Below are positions 33,948-40,831 of a stretch of 40,831 bases of DNA, one piece after another (position 1 is the stretch's first letter; each line of letters starts with the position of its first letter). The translations under genes were made by a program, and so were the position numbers. The notes below the pieces were generated by a model. That model worked only from the letters and a program-made list of their open reading frames with translations, was not told the DNA's origin and did not search any database. Source of the DNA: a virus (Duplodnaviria > Caudoviricetes); IMG/VR virus record IMGVR_UViG_3300047505_000003, positions 1 through 40,831 of that record. The stretch is one strand, 5' to 3'.

Positions 33948-34313
33948 TTGAGCGAATCGGAACTGAAGTTGGCGGTTAGACAATACCTAGACCTACAACG
34001 GAACATGGGGCATCTGTGGTACGAACGTCTCAACTCAGGGAAGGCGTGGGCTTCATACACGGATACAAAAGGTGAGACCCGCCGATACCAGTTGAATATG
34101 TGCAGGGAGGGGACGGCGGACTTTATACTTGCCCGACCTGTCAACCAGCAAGCCCCGTATAAGGGATTACAGGTCATATTTATCGAGACCAAAGGGAAGG
34201 GGAGGCAGACACCAAAGCAGAAAGAGTTCCAGCAAGAGGTGGAAAGTTTAGGTGCAGATTATTACCTAGTTAAAGAGTTAAATGAGTTGATAAAAATTAT
34301 AGGGGGTGCATAA
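33948..34313 (+). CDS. VRR-NUC domain nuclease / Holliday junction resolvase
   Basis: SESEL...GTADFI...FIETKGKGRQTPKQKEF. Confidence 0.85.
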   Translation: MSESELKLAVRQYLDLQRNMGHLWYERLNSGKAWASYTDTKGETRRYQLNMCREGTADFILARPVNQQAPYKGLQVIFIETKGKGRQTPKQKEFQQEVESLGADYYLVKELNELIKIIGGA

Positions 34314-34636
34314 TGAAAATATATATCGCTGCACCTTATACAAAGGGCGATGTTGCTCGAAATGTTTACAATGCCATAGAAGCTGCTGAGGAATTAGTGG
34401 CTTTGGGGCACACCCCCTTCATCCCACACCTTACACATTTTTGGCATATAATAATCCCCCACCCTATAGATTTTTGGTATAAGCAAGACTTGGCATGGTT
34501 AGACTGCTGCGATGCTGTGTTAAGGTTATCAGGTGAATCAGTAGGGGCGGATAATGAAGTCATGTTTGCTCAAAAGAAAGGTATGCCCGTCTATTATAAA
34601 TTATCCGATTTACCACCCGCCCGACCAAATCCTTAG
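34313..34636 (+). CDS. Nucleoside 2-deoxyribosyltransferase-like (DUF4406-type) protein
   Basis: MKIYIAAPY...PFIPH...DLAWLDCCDAVLRLSGESVGADNEV. Confidence 0.8.
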   Translation: MKIYIAAPYTKGDVARNVYNAIEAAEELVALGHTPFIPHLTHFWHIIIPHPIDFWYKQDLAWLDCCDAVLRLSGESVGADNEVMFAQKKGMPVYYKLSDLPPARPNP

Positions 34637-34693
34637 ACCTAATCGACAATACCTCAAATTTTGGCAAATAGAAGCGTTTAAAAGGGGGATTAG

Positions 34694-35518
34694 ATGAAGT
34701 CAGCATACAAGAAGATTAAGTCCAAGTCAAAGTTAGATGAGTTCAAGTTATATCCTATCGGTGACATACATTGCGGGACGGTGTTTTGTAATGAGGATGC
34801 CTTAAAAAAGAAGATACGGGAAATTAAAGATAACCCGAAGGCATTATGGGTAGGAATGGGAGACTATGGTGAGTTCATCACACCGAATGATAAACGGTGG
34901 GATTGCGAAGCAATAGCCGATTGGGTGAAGCGGTCAGATGTAGCAGACAGCCAAGAGAAACATATAATTAAACTTCTACGCCCAATAGCTCCTCAATGTA
35001 TCGGCCTATTGGCAGGGAATCACGAACTAGATATACGTTTACGGTTCAATGACGATGTTTACCGACATGTTTGTGAGGAACTTGAAGTGCCGCTACTTGG
35101 ATATTCTTGTATGTACCGTTTAGTATTTGAACGGAACAAATCTCGGTTCAAGATAGACTGTCATTTTGAACATGGCTCTGGTGCAGCACAAACTGATGGG
35201 GGTGTGTCTCAGAGATTGGCGAAGGAAATGAATCACTATATCGCTGAGATTTATGCGATGGGACATCTGCATAGGATTGAAGTCAAGAACAAATCCCCAT
35301 TAGGATTAGCTGACAATATGGAAGTGAAGGCTAAGCATAAAGTTGGAGCAGTTACGGGGTGCTGGTTTATGACATATTACGACAACAACGGCTACCCTAG
35401 TTACGCCGAGATAAAAGCTTATGAACCTAATGAGATTGGGTGTCCTGAATTTGTCATTTTCCCCAATGAAAGACACATCGAGGCACGGTCTGGGAGAAGT
35501 ATTTATAAGAGCATTTGA
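34694..35518 (+). CDS. Calcineurin-like metallophosphoesterase
   Basis: GDIHCG, MGDYGE, GNHE, HG and MGHLH motifs. Confidence 0.88.
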   Translation: MKSAYKKIKSKSKLDEFKLYPIGDIHCGTVFCNEDALKKKIREIKDNPKALWVGMGDYGEFITPNDKRWDCEAIADWVKRSDVADSQEKHIIKLLRPIAPQCIGLLAGNHELDIRLRFNDDVYRHVCEELEVPLLGYSCMYRLVFERNKSRFKIDCHFEHGSGAAQTDGGVSQRLAKEMNHYIAEIYAMGHLHRIEVKNKSPLGLADNMEVKAKHKVGAVTGCWFMTYYDNNGYPSYAEIKAYEPNEIGCPEFVIFPNERHIEARSGRSIYKSI

Positions 35519-35539
35519 AGTCCGTCAGGTCGTGGTATA

Positions 35540-35833
35540 ATGGTTGAGATGGATAGGGAACAATTCTTTAAAGCGTGGCATGAATCCCTGTTAAACGACA
35601 TGGAGATGCAGGGGGAGTATGCCAAGTACATACATGATGCCATGCGTTTACAAGCCGAAGCTATTTGGAACATATACCTTGAGGTCAACAGCCTACGGAA
35701 CGAGGTCAAGGAACTTCAGAAGTTTATTAAGACTTGGATGCCAGCCTACTTTAACTATCACCCTCCTGTTGGCGTGGAGACATGGCGTAAGGATAAGTAT
35801 ACAGAGTATTCTTTAGAAGAAGATATTAAATAA
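35540..35833 (+). CDS. Hypothetical coiled-coil protein
   Basis: 97 aa ORF. The extended -10 TGGTATAAT at 35533-35541 suggests a possibly leaderless start at ATG 35549. Confidence 0.6.
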   Translation: MVEMDREQFFKAWHESLLNDMEMQGEYAKYIHDAMRLQAEAIWNIYLEVNSLRNEVKELQKFIKTWMPAYFNYHPPVGVETWRKDKYTEYSLEEDIK

Positions 35834-35980
35834 TATATATCAATATATATTCTTTCTTTGTTACTTTCTTTCTTATGAAAATTACAAGTATGAATAGAGC
35901 GAGATGCTAGCGTTACAAGATTTTATAGCTAACTTACGTGACCGTTACAAGCGTTACATTTGCGTTACAAGAGTTACATC
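35826..35980. other. Putative replication origin (AT-rich tract plus GTTACA iterons)
   Basis: An AT-rich stretch at 35826-35885, then GTTACA at 35912, 35944, 35953, 35964 and 35973, immediately upstream of the helicase-like gene. Confidence 0.6.
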
Positions 35981-36000
35981 CACTCACGAAAAGAGGGGTT

Positions 36001-37026
36001 ATGGCAGAAATTAAGTTAATTGACAAAGTTCGTCAGTTCTTAGCCCCCATTCAAGGCAGGGACGTTGACTTAAAAGGACTCAGGCAGGAATTGAAGATAG
36101 ACCCAAACTCTCCAGCGTGGGAAGGTTTAAGGGTCATCCTTTATCGTCTTTGTGAAGGGGAACACCCTGTTCTTAGACCTACTGGCAAGCGTGATGGCAG
36201 TTACCATGTCATAACACAGGTTAGCCCGATTCAAGTATTCGGGTTGGACAGGGAACGCAGGCCGCCGTATGTCCTTATCTTCCCAAAAGACAGGGACACA
36301 GGTTTGGAGATGTTCTTTGCCGAGTCGGTAGTGGTAAGGGAAGGGGACTTGATACTAATAGCAGGTCGTTCTAATTTTGGCAAGACCACACTCACCATGA
36401 ATATGTTAGGCGAGAACATAGACAAGAACCCCGTGCTTATGGGTAATGAGTTCACTGTGATAGGCGAGAAAGAACAGTGGATACCCGCCCCACGTTTCCT
36501 TACACGATTGGACAACATGAACTGGGTGCAGTGGTGCAACGGTGACGGTAGGGAGAAGTTTGAGTTGCTTCCAGTCCGTGACGATTATGCTTCCCATATT
36601 CAGAGAGATAGAATCAACATCATTGACTGGATAAACATAGACACAGGTGAGCATTACATGATAGGTTCGATTCTTGAGCAGATCAAGCGTCGGCTCGGCA
36701 GGGGCATTGCTATCATTGCCATTCAGAAGGCAGCAGGGGCAGAGACGGGGCGTGGTGGGCAGTTCACTCAGGACTTTGCAGATTGCGAATTGTTACTGGA
36801 CGCTTTGGGCAAGGACGAAATTCTACTCACGATGGGGAAGGTCAAAGAGAGTAAGGGTAGACTGTACGGCAAAACCTACGGGTACTCCCTGTGGAACGGT
36901 GTGGAGATACGTAATTTCAGGGAGGTTGTGGCTTGCCCCGTGTGTAAAGGCAGCGGTTACGTCAAAGGTATGAAATGCGATAACTGTTTCGGTCAAAAAT
37001 ATATTGACAAGAAGGGGGATTTATGA
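36001..37026 (+). CDS. RecA/DnaB-like P-loop ATPase (replication initiator/helicase) with an N-terminal wHTH-like region and a C-terminal Zn finger
   Basis: Walker A AGRSNFGKTT, Walker B-like INIIDWIN, IAIQK and CPVCKGSG...CDNCFG; ATG 36001 follows GAGGGG. Confidence 0.75.
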   Translation: MAEIKLIDKVRQFLAPIQGRDVDLKGLRQELKIDPNSPAWEGLRVILYRLCEGEHPVLRPTGKRDGSYHVITQVSPIQVFGLDRERRPPYVLIFPKDRDTGLEMFFAESVVVREGDLILIAGRSNFGKTTLTMNMLGENIDKNPVLMGNEFTVIGEKEQWIPAPRFLTRLDNMNWVQWCNGDGREKFELLPVRDDYASHIQRDRINIIDWINIDTGEHYMIGSILEQIKRRLGRGIAIIAIQKAAGAETGRGGQFTQDFADCELLLDALGKDEILLTMGKVKESKGRLYGKTYGYSLWNGVEIRNFREVVACPVCKGSGYVKGMKCDNCFGQKYIDKKGDL

Positions 37027-37532
37027 TTTGCACAGAACAGGAACGATTGTTGATACGGAACTTCATCAAGGAGCACTTACCCCCGTCAAACCAAGTCCCA
37101 GGTGTGCCGTATAAGACCTCTCGCAATGTAGACCAGCCCTATTTAAGACAGGACTTCTATGCAAACATGGGCATCAAGGCGGTCATGATGTTCGCTCCCA
37201 ACGACGGTGGGCGTACCTTACTCAATATGCGGTTCACCGACGGATTAACCTTAGACGAGATAACCACAGCCACAGGTCTACACAGGGATGCTATTGCCGT
37301 ACAGATAAACCATTGCATAGACAGTGCGATTGACAACATGCCCATGAGACAGGGTAACTGGCTGATAAAACTAATCAACAAAAGACACCAGTTCAAGATA
37401 CGTGGGTGTGTGTGTGGGGGTGGGAATAAACCTAGGGGGACATTACAGCGTGAGCATGATGAGGTAGGGAAGCGTTGGGAGTGGGTATGTATAAACTGTG
37501 GGCGCAGGACGCCAGTAGAGGCGAAGGAATAG
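37023..37532 (+). CDS. Sigma-region-4-like HTH regulator with a C-terminal Zn ribbon (candidate late activator)
   Basis: LLNMRFTDGLTLDEITTATGLHRDAI; GCVCG...WVCINCGR. Confidence 0.6.
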   Translation: MICTEQERLLIRNFIKEHLPPSNQVPGVPYKTSRNVDQPYLRQDFYANMGIKAVMMFAPNDGGRTLLNMRFTDGLTLDEITTATGLHRDAIAVQINHCIDSAIDNMPMRQGNWLIKLINKRHQFKIRGCVCGGGNKPRGTLQREHDEVGKRWEWVCINCGRRTPVEAKE

Positions 37533-37679
37533 ATATGGCGATTAAATTATTACCTTGCTCTTTTCTTATTTCTCAGGTCAAGGCAGACTTTTTAACAGAG
37601 ATGAATGTATTAGATATGGAGATGGCAATGATATATTTCGATATACAGAATCTCATCCAAAGATTAAAAGACCCACCTC

Positions 37680-37708
37680 TTGACAAACACGGTTTAACGT
37701 GATATAAT
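37680..37708 (+). promoter_or_regulatory. Consensus sigma70/SigA promoter
   Basis: TTGACA-17-TATAAT with an extended TG. Confidence 0.85.
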
Positions 37709-37755
37709 TGACATCAGTTGAATCATTAAAGGTATGCTCATTAAAGGGGGGTTCA

Positions 37756-38010
37756 ATGGATACGTGTTCTGGTTCAGCGGCAAATGATTCATGGTTGGGT
37801 AGGTGTGCAAGGATAGAAGACACACTTAGTAAAGTTATACAGGCTTTAGAATCTATAGTTGATTCAGTGTCAGAGAAAGCCATTCCCCCGCAAGGTGGAG
37901 AGAAACAGACCAATTCCCTTGCAGAGAAGCTAGATGCAAGTTTCCGAAGGTTAAATAATAAAGCTAATCGTGTATCTGAATTGGCTTCGCAAGTTTCTAG
38001 TAAGTTTTAA
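37756..38010 (+). CDS. Hypothetical coiled-coil protein
   Basis: ATG 37756 after AAGGGGG, downstream of the promoter. Confidence 0.65.
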   Translation: MDTCSGSAANDSWLGRCARIEDTLSKVIQALESIVDSVSEKAIPPQGGEKQTNSLAEKLDASFRRLNNKANRVSELASQVSSKF

Positions 38011-38020
38011 AAGTTGACAC

Positions 38021-38190
38021 GTGTACTAGGGTTACTGGGGGCTAGAGGCCCCTCGGCAGTGCACAGCCCTAGTTGATAGCCTACTTCTTCTCTGGTGGGC
38101 GTGGCAGGGATAAGTGGGCAATGAATATAAAAGACTATCCACGTCCCTAGTAATCCTGCCCGCCATCGTAATGATTGGCGGGTTTTATAT
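38021..38190 (+). ncRNA. Putative small structured RNA with a terminator
   Basis: A 16-bp closing helix (38027-38042 / 38143-38158, with GU pairs) encloses internal stems, followed by CCCGCCA...TGGCGGG-TTTT. Confidence 0.45.
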
Positions 38191-38263
38191 TACAAATGAT
38201 GCACCGTTTCGGTGTTGTGATTTTGGTGAGGTAGACTCTCGGAACGTGCATTTTTTTATTGCT

Positions 38264-38776
38264 ATGTACCAACCAGGTGACGTTATACTGTTCGAGACGC
38301 AGGCGAAGGGGTTATACCGCAAACTGAAGGTATGGCTTCTGGAGTCCCCCTATGACCACGTGGCAATTTTTTATGACTACACCAAGAAAGGGTTGCCGCT
38401 GGTTGCCGAGAGTGTGGGTCGTGGTGCGTCGATCCGTTCACTGTACGCCTCCAAAGGACGCAAGGTCACTGTCCTACGCCATGCCAACCGTAGGGTAGCT
38501 CAAGGGGCAGCGACACGGGCTGAATCATTGTGTGATAACCCTGAAAGTTGGTACGACTACTACTCCATCGTCCGTTTCGTAGTCCCTCATCTTATCTGGC
38601 ACAAGTTCACAGGGCGTAACATGAACATAGGTTACAAGAGAAACGCCGTGTATATCTGCTCAGAGCTTGCCGATGAGGCATATGACAACATCATCCCATT
38701 GCATTGTTGCCCGCCACTCCCTGCCGACTTCCTTAACATTAAGGCATTCCATGTGGAGTTTGAGGAGACAATATGA
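38264..38776 (+). CDS. Permuted papain-like amidase (YiiX/YaeF, NlpC/P60 clan)
   Basis: PGDVILF, SPYDHVAIF, YDY and YICSELADEAY, with His before Cys (permuted order). Confidence 0.85.
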   Translation: MYQPGDVILFETQAKGLYRKLKVWLLESPYDHVAIFYDYTKKGLPLVAESVGRGASIRSLYASKGRKVTVLRHANRRVAQGAATRAESLCDNPESWYDYYSIVRFVVPHLIWHKFTGRNMNIGYKRNAVYICSELADEAYDNIIPLHCCPPLPADFLNIKAFHVEFEETI

Positions 38777-38988
38777 GGCGTGATATGGGGCTTGCTGATA
38801 AACTCACCGACCGCCCAATGGATATGGGAACGGCTCAGGATGCACTTTATTCAATCAAAAACCGTTGCATTCTGGCGTTAAGATTGTCTGATACTAACCC
38901 AGAAGACATGATGCTGTTTAATACACTGGTTGAAGATGTCATTGAGGAGGCTCTGGACTTGTGGGCTTATGTTGAGGTGATAAAGTGA
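38773..38988 (+). CDS. Hypothetical protein
   Basis: 71 aa, RBS GAGGAG, ATGA overlap. Confidence 0.7.
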   Translation: MRRDMGLADKLTDRPMDMGTAQDALYSIKNRCILALRLSDTNPEDMMLFNTLVEDVIEEALDLWAYVEVIK

Positions 38989-39143
38989 TACCATGCGGTT
39001 GCATGATGTGTGTCCAGTGTTGGGTAGCGGTCATAAGCATGGTATTTCAGGGTGACTTCAAGAGCATCATTCCTTACTTACGAGCCTGTAAAGCAAAGAC
39101 CCCCCGATTGTGGAGGGTCTTCGCCAGGAGGTAGACAGGCAGA

Positions 39144-39503
39144 CTATTCCTGTTCGTATAGCTTTATGATATGCTTCATGGTTTGCCTATCCAGAGGCTT
39201 ACACTTCGTCTTGTAGTCGTCAATAATCTCGTTTGGGATGCGCCACAGGTAGACCTTATTGGTACGTATCTTTGTTTCATTCCTACCGAGAATCTTATCG
39301 GGGATGGCCAGATAATACTCGGTTGCTTCTGGGACATAGCTTTGTGCGTCTCCAATAGTTCTCCCCAAGTGCATCCCCGCACCGCACACATTAGATGTTA
39401 GGTTAGGGTTAGGGTGCTCGTTCCACCCTTCCTTGTAAACGAACTTCGGGTCATACCCCGACCTACCATTGTCCAGTGTTGCCTTTATGAAATACTTTTG
39501 CAT
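39144..39503 (-). CDS. Hypothetical phage protein (CGAGMHL motif)
   Basis: 119 aa with its own promoter and RBS AAGGGGGG. Confidence 0.8.
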   Translation of the reverse strand: MQKYFIKATLDNGRSGYDPKFVYKEGWNEHPNPNLTSNVCGAGMHLGRTIGDAQSYVPEATEYYLAIPDKILGRNETKIRTNKVYLWRIPNEIIDDYKTKCKPLDRQTMKHIIKLYEQE

Positions 39504-39526
39504 CTTACTACCCCCCTTTATCTACG

Positions 39527-39555
39527 ATTGTATCACATATTTCATATAATGTCAA
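39527..39555 (-). promoter_or_regulatory. Sigma70/SigA promoter
   Basis: TTGACA-17-TACAAT with TGTGA. Confidence 0.85.
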
Positions 39556-39591
39556 GGGGTTGCGGCACGATTATCATCAAGTTGTAATTCT

Positions 39592-39801
39592 ATGGGCGAT
39601 AAATGGGTCAGTCTACATGAGGTGTTCGGGGTCAACCGCATACCGTTGGAGTCAGCGGTGCAGATGTGGAACGCTATGGACAAGGCTCTAAAGAACGGTG
39701 ACATAAACGACTGGAAGTCACGATGGTTGCTGATGGAGTATCTATCAGCCGACTACAACGCTGGGGATGCGACACGGTTATCATCACACAGTAATCCATA
39801 A
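39592..39801 (+). CDS. Hypothetical protein
   Basis: 69 aa with protein-like composition; no clear RBS. Confidence 0.5.
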   Translation: MGDKWVSLHEVFGVNRIPLESAVQMWNAMDKALKNGDINDWKSRWLLMEYLSADYNAGDATRLSSHSNP

Positions 39802-39909
39802 CTTGCGGCATGGCTCTCATGTTTTTGTAATTCACAGATCGACCCCGACCATATCAACAGGCACGCCCATATCAAACAGGGGCATTGTAGGGGCAAATAG
39901 ACACGCCCT

Positions 39910-39941
39910 AAAAGGAAAAGACCACCGTTGATTGGTGGTCT
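39910..39941 (-). terminator. Rho-independent terminator of the leftward early operon
   Basis: Minus strand AGACCACC-AATCAAC-GGTGGTCT followed by TTTCCTTTT. Confidence 0.75.
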
Positions 39942-40020
39942 AATCCCGTCAGGACTTTGATTCACCTCCTATGCTGTTATTCTTGTTTTAAATATGATAC
40001 CACCACATCCGCCGCGCTTA

Positions 40021-40212
40021 TTATGCTTCTCTTGGTATCCCGCAGCACTTCGATTCCTTGCACCACCAGCCACAAGCCCCTTCACGGCAGTCAGCTATTG
40101 CATTTTTGCAACTATCCCAGTTACCTTCTTGTAATTTAGCGAATAGTTCAATGTTCTCCCTAGTGCTTGCTTGCAATATCCTCCACCCTAGTAAACCTAA
40201 TGGGCATATCAT
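40021..40212 (-). CDS. Small Cys-rich protein (MICP...C....CGWW...CC)
   Basis: RBS AAGGAG; Cys pattern common in small phage proteins. Confidence 0.7.
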   Translation of the reverse strand: MICPLGLLGWRILQASTRENIELFAKLQEGNWDSCKNAIADCREGACGWWCKESKCCGIPREA

Positions 40213-40252
40213 ATTCAGGCTCCTTTCTTTGGCTTCTTAATCTTGATTACCA

Positions 40253-40528
40253 TTACCCAGTGCTGCATGATTTTACTTCCCGCCTTTCCGTTAGAATTTG
40301 TTCAACTCGTTCCAGTATCTTATCCTTGCCTATTTTTTCGATGACTTCTCGCCGAACTAATTGGGTGGCGTGTTCTAAGGTGTCGGCACTATCTCCACCT
40401 TTCCAAGAGCAAGGCATTAAAGAGCATCCTGTTGAGGCCTCAACTATGCTCCATCTTAGATAGGTGCAGGTATTAGGGTCTCTTGTGGCTATTGCTTTAA
40501 TGCCGCCTATCTCGATACATTTACTCAA
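40253..40528 (-). CDS. Hypothetical protein
   Basis: TTG start after AGGAGG; WSIVEASTG motif. Confidence 0.7.
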   Translation of the reverse strand: MSKCIEIGGIKAIATRDPNTCTYLRWSIVEASTGCSLMPCSWKGGDSADTLEHATQLVRREVIEKIGKDKILERVEQILTERREVKSCSTG

Positions 40529-40531
40529 TGG

Positions 40532-40696
40532 CTACCTCCTATTATCCCTTTGCCTATTCTCCAAATGTGGGTTGCTTTTATATCCCCACGACTTACCACA
40601 TTCTGTACATTTCCTACTGGTGAAACGGTAATCTGGTCTTATTTCCACTTCGGTATTCTTTTTGCAAAATGGACAATATCCTTGTGCCTTAAACAT
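40532..40696 (-). CDS. Small Zn-ribbon protein
   Basis: Manual translation MFKAQGYCPFCKKNTEVEIRPDYRFTSRKCTECGKSWG...; RBS AGGAGG. Confidence 0.7.
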   Translation of the reverse strand: MFKAQGYCPFCKKNTEVEIRPDYRFTSRKCTECGKSWGYKSNPHLENRQRDNRR

Positions 40697-40723
40697 TTTG
40701 TCTACCTCCTGTTATTTGTTTCA

Positions 40724-40831
40724 TCAGTTCTCTAGCCACTCATCAATATTTGGTACTTCTTTACGCGCAATACCCGCACACTTCTTTAGTATCTTACTTC
40801 GGGCGGCGGCGGCGGAGGCGGCGGCGTAGGC
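40724..40831 (-). CDS. 3' end of the Imm5-like/Ala-rich gene whose 5' end is at 275-1
   Basis: AYAAASAAAARSKILKKCAGIARKEVPNIDEWLEN*. Confidence 0.8.
   Translation of the reverse strand, partial: AYAAASAAAARSKILKKCAGIARKEVPNIDEWLEN

Larger units (their letters stand above)
1..40831. mobile_element. Near-complete tailed bacteriophage genome (podovirus-like morphology inferred)
   Basis: Terminase, portal, scaffold, major capsid and tail genes are present. There are no host housekeeping genes, and both window ends lie in the same gene. No tape measure or tail tube gene was recognised. Confidence 0.93.

Noticed and set aside
35938-36000. N-terminal extension MTVTSVTFALQELH of the ATPase
   Set aside because: It is translation through the iteron repeats; ATG 36001 has the RBS.
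38114-38263. N-terminal extension of the YiiX-like amidase
   Set aside because: It overlaps terminator-like hairpins, and family similarity starts at MYQPGDVILF (38264).
39753-39965. 70-aa minus-strand ORF
   Set aside because: It runs through the early-operon terminator and overlaps a plus-strand ORF; no recognisable motif.
1-40831. Integrase/att site, tRNA genes, alternative genetic code
   Set aside because: No tyrosine or serine recombinase motifs and no cloverleaf were recognised. Long genes are intact under the standard code with all three stop codons used.

Overview
The window is an essentially complete ~40.9 kb tailed-phage genome, podovirus-like because it has no tape measure, sheath or tube genes. 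Its two ends fall inside one minus-strand gene (N-terminus at 275-1, C-terminus at 40831-40724), and the break lies in an Ala-rich low-complexity tract, so the sequence closes into a circle. Layout: (i) a leftward early operon of small, often Zn-finger proteins (2514->1, continuing 40831->40021); (ii) a ~650 bp non-coding divergent region; (iii) a rightward late operon with a papain-like peptidase, terminase subunits, portal, putative ejection proteins, scaffold, major capsid protein, decoration/fibre genes, adaptor, tail proteins and a holin-like gene, ending in a strong terminator at ~28 kb; (iv) a rightward accessory/replication operon (HTH regulator, HNH, DUF5131-like radical SAM, two ASCH proteins, VRR-NUC, phosphoesterase, probable iteron origin, wHTH-P-loop helicase, sigma-region-4-like regulator, permuted papain-like amidase). 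I recognised no integrase, DNA polymerase, primase, tRNA, CRISPR array or classical muralytic endolysin. The most unusual signals are at the RNA level. Three covarying H-type pseudoknot-like elements sit in late-operon intergenic spaces. An rrn-like boxB-boxA element has a 25-bp long-range stem that encloses one early gene. There are also several ncRNA-like intergenic regions. Other notable features are a 47-bp duplication that inactivates a tail-fibre paralog and a possible protease-based lysis system. All family assignments come from motif recognition by eye, not database searches.
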